Shown in pieces: positions 42,701 to 51,900 of a DNA stretch of 64,000 bases; the stretch's first letter is position 1, and every line of letters begins with the position of its first letter. The position numbers were made by a program, and so were the translations under genes. The DNA comes from Vicugna vicugna (Eukaryota). The notes beneath the pieces were generated by a model. The model saw only the letters and a program-made list of their open reading frames with translations. It did not search any database and was not told the DNA's origin. The stretch is taken from the NCBI GenBank assembly GCA_013265495.1, contig MU058718.1:248001-312000 (forward strand), written 5' to 3'.

Positions 42701-45349
42701 TTTTCATCTGCTACTCCATGGTGCTCTTCTCTCTGGGGCCTAAGGCCAGATAAACCATATAACCTTGGCCACACATTTAATGCACTCCAGCTGTGTTCTC
42801 CTTCTGTCATCTTCTGGATACCTTTAAATTACAAGCATGAGATTTTAGAAGGTTCTTTTTGTAATGAAATTATGGATGAGAATTTTACAAAGAAATTTAA
42901 CTACATTTTTTAAAATGCTGTAGCACAAGATGACCCATATTTTTCTTACTATTTGACATATGAAACTTTTTGTATCTTTCAAGGCTTTGTTCGTTTCTAA
43001 CAACCCTTAACTGCAAGAATATTCCTTAAAAAGTTAATAATTATTCTTTTTTGTTTTTCAGTACTGTATGATAATAAAAGTCTTGCTACTGAATGCCGTC
43101 TTGATTCAGTAAGTTTTCCAACTTTATTTGAAAAGTTCTTTACAGTCTAGGTCTGTTTTATAAAATGAATATTGCTAACTTTTCAATTTGTGTGCAAAGT
43201 TTAAAATTTACATCCTGTCATTGTTTTATATTTACCCTAAAATCCATTTTTATTCATTTTTTCTCGAAGTGGGAAAATTTTTGTTTATACACTTTAAAAT
43301 ATAGTTTGCTTTAGTGTTAAACTCTTAAGATTTAATTCTCTACATGACTTATGTATGAAATTTGCTGTGACAAATTGGTTGACTACTTGAATACCCAGTA
43401 TGTATCTTGGTTTATGCTGGTTATTTCTAAGAGATGCAAGGAAAATGTAAGGAACAGTTTCTACCCTTTTGAAGCATACAGTTGGAGAGATAGTATCTAT
43501 CCTACCTTCAGTCATCATTGGTTATTTTCACTCTCATTCTTTTAGATTACTATATTTATGTACTGCTGTTTTATTTAGAAGCTCCCCAGCCTTTACTTTT
43601 GGTGCCCTCTTGCCTCTTAATCTAGTTTAAACATTTGCCCTTCTGTGAAGCCTTCCTGTGAAAGCTCTTGCCTCTCACATGTTAATTTCTATATTGGCAC
43701 AGGTGCACAATGCTTACAGTGTACACATTTAATCTCCTATAAGAGTATAATATGAATAAATGATATTTTATGCCTAAAACATATTATAATTTCAGGAGTT
43801 TATTTTCCTTATTAACTATAAATTCCTCTTTAGGCAGAGCTGGCTGATTCATATTCATGGATGCTGGCACTGTGGCATGAATGGAATAGTGCTGTCTTGC
43901 CTACTAAATGTTTACAGCATTGGTTATCAGCCCTACTCCCAGATATTTTTATTTCAATGATCTGAATTAGGAACTTTATCAGGCAATTCTAACATGTAGC
44001 CAGGGTCAGCAACTCTGGTTTACAGCCTTACCTTGAGATTTTCCAAGGCCGATTGCTAAAATGGATCAGAAAATGGCTTTGGTTTGCTAATCCTCGATCT
44101 CAGAATACAAAAAATTCATTAAGGCAAATGTAGGATCAAACAGCAACAATTTTTGTTAACCTCATGAAGCCTGGCAAATGTTTGATTTTCCTTTTCTTTT
44201 TTGGGATAGAAAAAGCTTTTATTAATGAATAAAACCTTCCTTGCTTTCACTTAATGCATGATTTTCCTAAGCCACTAATTCCTTAAGGACATCTGTATAT
44301 GTTGACTTCTGTTATCTTTCAAAGTTGCCTTCTTTGTGTTTAGGCTTCTGGACTGCCCTGCATCTCAGGAATAGAATGAAGTGAGTTACAGGAATAGAAT
44401 GAAGGGAGACTGTTCCTTCTTAGTCTTAGCCTTCTTTAATCATAGGCTAAGACCTAGAGGGACAGGGATTTCAGCATGAGGGCCAATTTATATAAACCTG
44501 ATTTAATCTTGTTCCTGGATCTGAACTCTGAATGATTTATTTTTATAAATATATATTATAAGTAAGTCTGGAAATTAATGAATCATAATATTCTGCTTTT
44601 GATGTATTAGTAATATGATTAAAATTATTTCACGGTTATACATTATCTTGATAAATCCTAGTACCTTATAATTTAGCTTCCCTGTGAATGATTTTCTACT
44701 TCTATAAATATTAGAATTTACATTTTTAAATTTTTTTAATAGGTCCACTTGTCTATTTTAGACTCACATTATTCTTTGCTCTGTAGCATCATTTGAACCT
44801 TTAAAGTGGGGCTTGAGGACAAGCAAAGAAAAGCACCCCAGCAGGATCACACTAGTAAAAGGCCTATTAAGTGCAGTTATATGGATTAGAATTTGTGGAA
44901 TCTACATAAGTGGCTTAAGATATGGCCTCAGTTTTATTTGTCCTGTGTACATTGCTGAAGTCTATTTACATATTACTAATCATCTTTTAAGGCATATATT
45001 CATCATATACCTTTTCAATTAAAAAGAAAATTGTATATTTAAGATTAAATCCACTGAAAAGTAGCATAATCATTGTTATTAATAATTTTATTTTGTACCA
45101 AAAATGTCATTTATGTTATTAATAAATTTACTAATTTGCAGTGTTGAAGACTTAATTGGTGAAATTCTTGATGATTACTGTAGTGACTTCTCTCAATTTA
45201 TTCTCTAGCCAAGCCTAAACTGCAGTAATACATTCACTCAGGTGGAGAAGAGACATCAAGAACGTACCAGACATACTTCCTTTGGTGGTAACTTGATTAC
45301 CTTTTCACCTCTAAGGCCCCTCAGTGGAGAACAACCAGAAGAATTTTGA
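9496..45349 (+). CDS. DLGAP5: DLG-associated protein 5 (HURP), spliced CDS of 18 coding exons, 842 aa
   Basis: Exons join through GT-AG introns in one frame (2529 nt). N-terminus [40 protein letters not shown]-homology core [25 protein letters not shown]...[13 protein letters not shown]-terminus [12 protein letters not shown]. Confidence 0.97.
10960..14480 (+). mobile_element. L2 fragments interrupted by an L1M 3' end (about 12010-12600) and MER2
   Basis: GA-rich L2 motifs (AAGAGTTCAGTTTTGGATGTGTT, GATGATTCCAAGGTTTTTAGCCTGA). Confidence 0.6.
13065..13456 (+). mobile_element. MER2/MER2B-like Tigger MITE
   Basis: TIRs CAGTTATTCCTTGGTATC ... GATATGGAAGGCCGACTG, TA on both sides, typical internal TTTAAATCATCTCTAGATTACTTATAATACC. 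Confidence 0.85.
15045..15550 (-). mobile_element. MLT1-type MaLR LTR (approximate)
   Basis: TACCCCAAAACTTAGTGGCTTAAAACAA...TGTGGGTCAGGAATTTGGG. Confidence 0.65.
15811..16004 (+). CDS. DLGAP5: DLGAP5 exon 3 (microtubule-binding region)
   Basis: Long polypyrimidine tract and tag; [41 protein letters not shown]...EPKK; donor AAG|gtaaac. Confidence 0.95.
16495..17380 (-). mobile_element. L1 (L1MA/laurasiatherian type) 3' end
   Basis: Degenerate ORF2 C-terminus [33 protein letters not shown] plus 3' UTR. Confidence 0.85.
18525..18587 (+). CDS. DLGAP5: DLGAP5 exon 4
   Basis: [21 protein letters not shown]; aag| ... |gtataa; 63 nt. Confidence 0.92.
19674..19755 (+). CDS. DLGAP5: DLGAP5 exon 5
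   Basis: [27 protein letters not shown]; tag| ... G|gtaaaa. Confidence 0.9.
19849..19968 (+). CDS. DLGAP5: DLGAP5 exon 6
   Basis: [39 protein letters not shown]; follows a 93-nt intron; donor G|gtaaga. Confidence 0.92.
20620..20690 (+). CDS. DLGAP5: DLGAP5 exon 7
   Basis: [23 protein letters not shown]; cag| ... AAG|gtagag; 71 nt restores the phase. Confidence 0.9.
21530..21845 (+). mobile_element. L1MA-type 3' UTR fragment
   Basis: TTGAAAGTTGCTAAGAG...TTGTACACCTGAAACTAATATAATGTTATATGTCA. Confidence 0.75.
22382..22656 (+). CDS. DLGAP5: DLGAP5 exon 8
   Basis: [16 protein letters not shown]...[38 protein letters not shown]; donor GT|gtaaga. Confidence 0.95.
23375..23499 (+). CDS. DLGAP5: DLGAP5 exon 9
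   Basis: [18 protein letters not shown]...LTVWSK; cag| ... G|gtattg. Confidence 0.9.
23781..23890 (+). mobile_element. 5'-truncated tRNA-derived SINE (Vic-1-like)
   Basis: B-box GGTTCAATACCC, tail, and perfect 16-bp TSD AAATTCAACATTGAAG (23765-23780, 23891-23906). Confidence 0.85.
24003..24129 (+). CDS. DLGAP5: DLGAP5 exon 10
   Basis: HVLNKNETT...[10 protein letters not shown]; cag| ... AG|gtttgt. Confidence 0.9.
25494..25686 (+). mobile_element. MER20 (hAT-Charlie)
   Basis: GGATAATTCTTGTTGTGGG...TAGCATCCCTGGCC...AGACATTGTCAAATGTC...GTTGAGAACCACTG. Confidence 0.8.
26118..26203 (+). CDS. DLGAP5: DLGAP5 exon 11 (GKAP domain)
   Basis: [28 protein letters not shown]; donor G|gtgagg. Confidence 0.93.
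26952..27112 (+). CDS. DLGAP5: DLGAP5 exon 12 (GKAP domain)
   Basis: [53 protein letters not shown]; donor CAG|gtatgt. Confidence 0.96.
27650..28800 (+). mobile_element. Ancient L1 ORF1/HAL1-like remnant (approximate)
   Basis: The translated fragment [17 protein letters not shown] resembles the L1 ORF1 RRM start (NIRIIGIPE). Confidence 0.5.
28443..28586 (-). mobile_element. tRNA-derived SINE (Vic-1-like)
   Basis: Same head sequence; TSD ACTGTGAAGAGTT (28430-28442, 28587-28599). Confidence 0.85.
29040..30260 (-). mobile_element. L1MB-type fragment
   Basis: TTTAACTTTTTAAGAAACTGCCAAAC, TTTGCAAATATTTTCTCCCAG, TTTTCTTCTAAAAGT. Confidence 0.75.
30420..31185 (+). mobile_element. L1MB-type fragment (sense), interrupted by a SINE
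   Basis: GAGAAAATATTTGCAAA, GGTACAGCCACTTTGGAAG, CATAATTGCCAAAACTTGGAAGCAA. Confidence 0.75.
30708..30840 (+). mobile_element. tRNA-derived SINE (Vic-1-like) inserted in an old L1
   Basis: GGGGGGAGAGTATAGCTCAGTGGTAGAG...GGTTCAATCCCCAGTACCTCC; flanked by ATGAGAT. Confidence 0.85.
31264..31442 (+). mobile_element. tRNA-derived SINE (Vic-1-like)
   Basis: Same head, long AT-rich tail; TSD AAGTAATTTAG (31253-31263, 31443-31453). Confidence 0.85.
31688..31780 (+). CDS. DLGAP5: DLGAP5 exon 13
   Basis: [31 protein letters not shown]; donor CGG|gtaagt. Confidence 0.93.
32150..32350 (-). mobile_element. MIR SINE (further MIR-like pieces at about 300-490, 3960-4090, 54210-54370, 59400-59620)
   Basis: TCATTTAATCCTCA..ATCCT..TGAGGTAGGTGTTATTATCCCC.TTTTATAG.TGAGGAA core. 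Confidence 0.7.
32777..34656 (-). mobile_element. Young 5'-truncated LINE-1 (ORF2 C-terminal half, 3' UTR) with 3' transduction
   Basis: Uninterrupted 490-aa ORF2 fragment at 33076-34548 with the CCHC knuckle [18 protein letters not shown]; perfect 14-bp TSD TAAAGGAACATTTT at 32763-32776 and 34657-34670; TT/AAAA endonuclease site. Confidence 0.95.
35100..36420 (-). mobile_element. Degenerate L2 (approximate)
   Basis: CT-rich L2 antisense motifs ending in TGAGAACTCCTTGATGGCAGGACC...TGATAAGTATATGATGAATG. Confidence 0.5.
36496..36715 (+). CDS. DLGAP5: DLGAP5 exon 14
   Basis: [35 protein letters not shown]...[17 protein letters not shown]; donor CAG|gttagt. Confidence 0.95.
39136..39316 (+). 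CDS. DLGAP5: DLGAP5 exon 15
   Basis: [23 protein letters not shown]...ISENR; tag| ... AG|gtattt. Confidence 0.9.
41088..41148 (+). CDS. DLGAP5: DLGAP5 exon 16
   Basis: [20 protein letters not shown]; strong acceptor; donor CAT|gtaagt. Confidence 0.88.
41472..41704. mobile_element. Tigger2-family MITE nested in a MER58A-like element (about 41310-41745)
   Basis: TIR GTTGAtttTTGAACAAC ... GTTcTTCAAGGGTCAACTG, TA TSD; it splits the MER58 motif CCTAAAATAcTTA|CTAcTTGGCCCTT. Confidence 0.8.
41963..42206 (+). CDS. DLGAP5: DLGAP5 exon 17
   Basis: [29 protein letters not shown]...ETKISQS; donor CAG|gtaagg. Confidence 0.92.
43062..43108 (+). CDS. DLGAP5: DLGAP5 exon 18
   Basis: [15 protein letters not shown]; cag| ... 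TCA|gtaagt; 47 nt. Confidence 0.88.
45209..45349 (+). CDS. DLGAP5: DLGAP5 exon 19 (last coding part, stop TGA)
   Basis: [46 protein letters not shown]. Confidence 0.92.
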   Translation, partial: PSLNCSNTFTQVEKRHQERTRHTSFGGNLITFSPLRPLSGEQPEEF

Positions 45350-45475
45350 ATTTAAAAATAAATCCAGAAATTTTTCTTCATGTTATCAATGCTGTGATAT
45401 ATTCTTATAATATTGAAAAGTTGGAGAATGTATATTTGTGTTCACTTCTATTCAGTCCATTTATATAGTGTCATA

Positions 45476-45624
45476 TAGTCGGCCTTCCATATGTGTATGC
45501 AGAACACATGGATACTAAGGGCCTACTGTAATGGACTTGAGCATCCTTGAATTTTGGTATCCATGGTGGGGGCGGGAGGGCTCTGGAACCAATCCTCCCT
45601 GCCCCCCATACTAGGGGATGACTA
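45476..45624 (-). mobile_element. Short Tigger-family (MER2/MER8-like) MITE in the DLGAP5 3' UTR
   Basis: tAGTCGGCCTTCC ... GACTTGAGCATCC..TTTTGGTATCC...CTGGAACCAATCC...GGGATGACTa, flanked by TA. Confidence 0.75.
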
Positions 45625-45718
45625 TAATGTTTTAGTATGCAGTGTTCATCAAAGTGTGTTTTAGATCTGATACTGTTTCTCAAGGGAAGTGGGGATATTT
45701 TGTATAGTAACCATACAG

Positions 45719-45724
45719 AATAAA
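45719..45724 (+). terminator. DLGAP5: DLGAP5 poly(A) signal AATAAA (distal); a proximal AATAAA is at 45357-45362
   Basis: AATAAA followed by GU/U-rich sequence (tgtactgtgccttg...ttgttt). Confidence 0.7.
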
Positions 45725-47531
45725 AAATGTACTGTGCCTTGCCTCTCTTGTTTAAAATGTATAAGCCTAAAGTATACCTACTCAGAGCTTATGAACATTC
45801 TTCAGTTTAATCAAAGTATAATATTAAACTTTGACAGACATACTTGTATTCTTTTATACTTTATTCTTAGTTTGAACTCTTAAATTTGTTGATGTTGAAC
45901 AGCTTTGCATATTGTGTTTTTCTGGGTATACTGAGTTTCTTTAGATAAGCTTTCTGCATTCTGAAGTCAGAATCTTTTTCCTTGTCTTTTTCTTTTCGTT
46001 TTCCCCTTGACCTGACTGACGGCCTTTGAAGGAAATGTCATCTTCCCTTAAAGAGAATTGTATCAATTACTTAATGGTTTGAAATATTTTCTGTTTTGTA
46101 AAACTCTTAACTATAGGATTGTAGAAGACAGGGTCATCAGAACAACAGAGCACCAGGACAACTCATGGTAGCTGAGGCTTGTAACCAGACTTGGGTCTGG
46201 TTATTTCTGTCTGTAAGTGAGGTGAGTGTTGGAGGTATTCACCAAACAAGCAGCAACTTTATGGATAATCTTTTATTAAGAGTAGCAGTTTCCAAACAAG
46301 AAAAGAAAGCACATCTGCTTTTGTTGTCAGATGAAGGTATGTTACGCTTGTGGGAAGGAAGGTATTTATTATCCATGTTAGCAGTTAGGAGGCTATGTGA
46401 GGTGCTGGTTTAGAAGAATATTCTCAGAATGCCTAGTCTTAAACTTTAAAAGCAGCTGTAACAGCCCATTCAATAATGAATAATTCAAGCAATACATGCA
46501 GAATAAAGAAACATTTTTTGTAAAAGTTAGGGTTTTCTAAGAGCCCAGGGCCATGAACATGTAAAAGAGGTTGATACAGAGTAACCCAAGACTTAGAATC
46601 TATATAAAGCAATATGCAACATAACAATAAAATAATACTTGCCCGTAAGGATAAAGTAGATGAGACTAGAAAAATGTCAGTAAACATGATTTTTTTGGTA
46701 GGTTTTAGTAAGATGTACTATTGAATCATTTAGAAAGCTTTTGGCTGTTAAGTATTGTAAAATTAATTCAAATTGGCTTAACAATAAAAATTTATTATCT
46801 CACAAGTTGTCAGGGTGATTTCAGGTACTTTACAATTAGCAGCTCAATGATGGCATCAAGATCGAACATCTGTTCATAGTTCATTCCATCATCCTTGGCG
46901 TTGGTTTCTCTAAGTCTGGGTCCTTTTGGGGTCATGAGATGGCTACTGATGGTAAACAGAGCTATGTCCTTCCATTTAATCTGGTTAGGCCAACTAATGC
47001 TGCGTCTCCATCTGCAGCTCAGCAGGGGATTTGCTTAAACTAAAAAGAGTTCCCTATTTTATCTGGGATTAATACCTGGATAAAACCAGGACTATTAGGA
47101 AATGGAATGAGTTGGGTAGGCAGGCATTAGTGAACTCTACAACAAGATAGAGGGTCCTTGGGCTGTTGGACTCTAGAGTTACGAGGTATTCAGAAAATCT
47201 TTGAAGACAAAATGAAAGAAAACTGCTTCGGTAGAACAAGAACCTTTCCAAAAATGAAAAAATGGAATTTCCATGTATTGAGGACCTACTATATGGCAAC
47301 CCCTTGGCTGTAGTATTTATTCAATGGTCACAGTAACCTTACAAAAGATGTATTATACTGCCCATTTTATAGACAAGGGAACCAAGACTCAGAGGATTTA
47401 AGTAATCTTGCGTTAACCTAGTTCCCTCTTTTCTCCATAGCTTATTATGTTCTTTTATTTAATCATTGGAGTAGAACAGTCAAGATCTGAATGTTAGAAT
47501 CAGGAATTAACATACTTTTTGAAATGAGCCA

Positions 47532-47923
47532 TGATGTGCTGTTCACATCCCCCTTTAGAACTGAAGGACTTATTTCTTTAGTTGTTGCAAGTGCTACTAG
47601 CAGACAGCCCTCGGGAATCATCCTGTGTGAGAACTGTCTCCGGTGAACAAAGCCACTTCACCCAAACAGATCATACTGTTTCCCTGCTGGCCTGTATTCA
47701 TGGACCGAAGTGAGGATATGAAGGCCTGTCGCTCTCTGGACAGCTCTAGGGGATCATCCCAGGATCATCCAACCCCTGTAGGGTAGGCTGAGGCAGGGTT
47801 GCTCAGCTTCTCCCTCCTAGCCACGTGCCTTCTCATCTCCGCAGCTGTTGAAAGAAAGGGGACTCCCTTATAAACCTCTTGCATTCTAATCTCTTTGCTT
47901 CCTGGGGAACCCAACCCGTGACA
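47532..47923 (+). mobile_element. LTR16-like ERVL solo LTR between the two genes
   Basis: TG...CA ends; terminal TAAACCTCTTGCATTCTAATCTC..TGCTTCCTGGGGAACCCAACC. Confidence 0.65.
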
Positions 47924-48632
47924 ACAAAGTATTTGAGAAGATGGTATTGTAGAAACAGTAACAGATCAAATAATATTACGATCTTTTATAAAATAAAGTG
48001 ATGTGAGCACATTCTAGTTTTGAAATTTTATTAATCTTTGTCTTTGCTGGCGATGAGGAAGGGCAGAAATGCATACATGAGAATGTTGACAATGAGAGCT
48101 ATTAAATTTTTCCAGCTGATTATATTTCTAATTAAAAACCTACTTTTTCCCCCCTCTACAAATCTGGGATTTCATAAAAACCAAGAGAACCCATGGGAAG
48201 ATTGTCTCATATTGGTATCTATTAGTGATCTGAAAGCAGTGAAATATTATTTAGAGAGAAAATAGTTAAAAGGAGTCTAAATATACCAGAATGCTAACAG
48301 TAATTGTCTACGGGTCATCTATAGGTAAACATTTTCTTTCTGCTTGTCTCATTTCCTGAGTATGTGATCTTTCCTTAAGTAAGAAAATGGGAAAATGATT
48401 TCCTTGTAGCATCTCCTGGTTTTTATGAAATTCGAGAAGAAAGGTTAATTTGGGGGGTATTTACTCCTATTTCCTTTTAAAAAAATATTATAGCAAGTAC
48501 TGAAAACTTTGGGAGACTCTAAGGTAGTATTAATATTGCTACATACTTCTTTATCCATTGAGTCTGTTGTGCATTATCAAGAATAAACTGCCCCAATTAA
48601 GTGACATATAAAGACAAGTAACTCTTAGAATA

Positions 48633-48638
48633 TTTATT
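48633..48638 (-). terminator. LGALS3: LGALS3 poly(A) signal AATAAA
   Basis: TTTATT on the + strand, about 135 nt past the stop, with a U/GU-rich downstream element. Confidence 0.8.
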
Positions 48639-48771
48639 AAATGGATGATTTACAAGAAGAACATCTGATGAATAAAGGTAAGATTTTTCACTCATAATGA
48701 ACGTGAAACTTTTAAATGTGTAAGGTTTACATTAAATTTCATTTTTTAAAAAAGTATCTGCTCCTTTAAGA

Positions 48772-48927
48772 TTATATCATAGTGTGTGAAGCGCTGGTGA
48801 GATTGATGTCACCAGAAATTCCCAGTTTAGTGATTTCCCTGAGATTTTTCATCCGATGATTGTACTGCAACAAATGAGCATCATTGACTGCAACCTTGAA
48901 GTGGTCAGGTTCAACCAGGACTTGTAT
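48772..48927 (-). CDS. LGALS3: LGALS3 exon 6 coding part
   Basis: [51 protein letters not shown]. Confidence 0.96.
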   Translation of the reverse strand: MQVLVEPDHFKVAVNDAHLLQYNHRMKNLREITKLGISGDINLTSASHTMI

Positions 48928-51900
48928 CTGAAATGCCATGTACACAAAACTGTTAGAAATGCCTATTCAGTTCCAGACCATTCTGGCTTGATCTCAGGAT
49001 GTCATCATTACACTTTTATGATCATTTGTGAACTGATTAAAGTCAGAAAAAATAACTTTACAGCAAAAATAAAGTCCAAATTATTCAAAGATTTAAACAA
49101 AACAAAATTATAAAATTGTTAGAAGAATATATAATTGAAGCCACAAAGGAAAGGATGAATAGTTTGTCTACCTAAAACTTAAGTTTTTGTATGGCCTCAA
49201 ACACCTGAAGGTAAAAATAAAAATAAATGCTAAAGTAGGAATTCTCTACTTAGAGTGGCAAATGTGAAGACTGATAATAATCAGTTTTGGCAAGAGCAGG
49301 GGCAACATACTCTCCCAATATTTAGTGGATGTGTTAATTCCCTGCATCCTTTTGGAAGCAGCACTTTGGCAATACCTTTATCTAAATTTTAAGCATGTAT
49401 ATTCTTTGAATACAATTATTCTCCTAGGAAGCAAAGATAAGGACAATTATCACAGTATTTTAGTAAAATAAATAAAACCTTCCAAACCTTTTATTTGTTT
49501 GGAATATTTCCATACTCCAAATTTTCATCAAGAGGGTACTGGTTGAATTATCACATATCTAAACAATGAAGTAGTATTAGGTGCCAATGTTCTGATAAGG
49601 AAAGATGGCCAGCAAATGTAGAGCATGGTCCTTGTTAGCCCTGCCCCTGAGGAGCTTACAGTCTAGCTTTTTTATTGCACACTCTGTAGTCAACCCTAAC
49701 CTGACCCTGTGGACCTAATAAATACTTACTGAAGCAGTGCTTAAAAATAGTAAGTGTGCTGCTCGTCATAGAAAATACTGGAAAGATATTCAGGTTGCAA
49801 CCTTTGTGAGGCTAGAGGAGAGGGTAAAAGACGGAGGACTTTTCAAGTTAATTGAAACATCTACAAATTTTTCTTTTCTTAAAACAAGTATGTGTTTATT
49901 TATTTATTTTTTTGGTTTATAGTCAATGTGTTAGCTTTAGAATTTAAAAAAAAATTTAGTTTTGATTGCTATGCTAACTATGTTGTTTTAAGGAATTAAG
50001 TCTCAGCCCAACTGTACCATAAAGACTTTCTGCCTGTTTTATTAAAGATATTAGTTTTCTCATTTTCAGAAAAGCTTAAACTCAGGGGTGGTAACAGGGA
50101 TGATGGTGAGGTGCCTGAATGGAGTTGGGGAGTGTGCTACTATTTCTGACACTGGTCCTCTGCGATGGTGAATAGATGTACTATTAGGTGTCCCAGGACA
50201 GCTGATGAAAATTCATTTCAAGTGCATGGTATTTTCAGGGTGATTCCCCATGAGAAATACACATTATCAATATATAATAGTAGCAATAACTTACTTTGAA
50301 TGGTTTACCACTTTCAAATGGGAAAACCATCTGTCTTTCTTCCTTTCCCCATACATTATCCAGCTTTGTATTGCAAACAATGACTCTCCTGTTGTCCTCA
50401 TTGAAGCGTGGGTTAAAGTGGAAGGCAACATCATTCCCTCTCTTGAAATCTAAAGCAAGCCTGTTTTAAACCAAAGAGCAGAGTTAGTAAAATTATTCAA
50501 GTTGTACATTTGTATCAGATAAAGAACATATAATTTTCTAAAGAGCAATCATTTTATAAAATACAGGAAAATTTTCTAAACAGAAAGCAAATAAACCAGA
50601 GAATGGGTTCAAACTGGAAAGTATACTGGACCAAGTACAATAGCCCACTCTTACACGCAGGGGATACGTTCCAAGACCCCCAGTGAATGCCTGAAACCAA
50701 GCGTAGTACTGAACTACATATATACACACTCACTGTTTTTTCCTATACATACATACTTAAGATAAAGTTTAATTTATAAATTAGGCACTGTAAGAGATTA
50801 ACAATTAATAACAAAAGAAAACAATTATAACAATGTTCTGTTATAAAAGTCATGTGAATGTGGTCTCTCTGTCAAAATATCTTACAGTACAGATTTAATG
50901 CCTTTTCCACCTTAACCAAAAGCACTTAACATGCACTGGGGCTGTAACTTTTGCAGTTTGAGGTATGACAGCAAACAAACAAACAAAAACTAGCACGAGT
51001 TCCTTTTTTATTCCTCACAATTTCATGGATAGAATATTTGTACTTACTGTAGATCTCAGCAACCTCAGCACACAATTTTTTCTTTTCTTATTAAGTGAAG
51101 AACTTTTTCCCCTTTTCACTTAAAAGAAGCCCTTTACAGCTTTTCTTTGGCATGTCTGAATTGCCCACATCACTACTCTTGCTCTTTGGGGCCACTGTTA
51201 AGTAAAGTAAGAGTTACTGGGACACAAGCACTGCGATACCACAGCAGTGCGTCTGATAACCAAGAGGGCTACTAAGGGACTAATGGGCACAATACGCTGG
51301 ACAAAGGGATGATTTCACGTCCTGGGCAGGACAGGGCTGGACTGCGTGAATTTCATCACGTTACTCAGAATGGTGGCAATTTAAAATTTATGAATTGTTT
51401 CTGGAAGTTTTCCTTTAATATTTTCAGACTGCAGTTGACCTCAGGTAGCTGAAACTGCAGAAAGCAAAACCTCAGGTAAGGGGGAACTACTGTATGCAAT
51501 GTACTACCACAGTATCTAAAGGTAAATGACAATAAGTATTGAGTATTTTGGCCTTCTTGTCTTTGGTCATATCCTTCCATTCAGCTGTAATTCCCTCTTT
51601 ACCACCTCTACTCATGAAAACGGTCAAGGTTTCCTTGTAGAGGTTTGGGGCCACTTTGAGGGCACTTTATACCTGACAGTAATAATGGCTACTTCTTTCC
51701 TGCCCTGCCGGGTTACTTTTAATCCCTGTTAAAGGTAAGCCTACAACATAAAAAAAATGCTATCAAATACATGGCTTCCTCATAGTTAATGAAAAGCCTA
51801 GTCCTAAAACAGCAAGAATGAAATAATGCAATGTTCAGTATCCTGTTGCTAAGTTGTAAAGTCATAATAATAAATGTGTTAAATATTCCATGATGTCAAG

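Noticed and set aside
43073..43078. AATAAA inside DLGAP5 exon 18
   Set aside because: It is explained by Asn-Lys codons and lies just upstream of a strong U1 donor.
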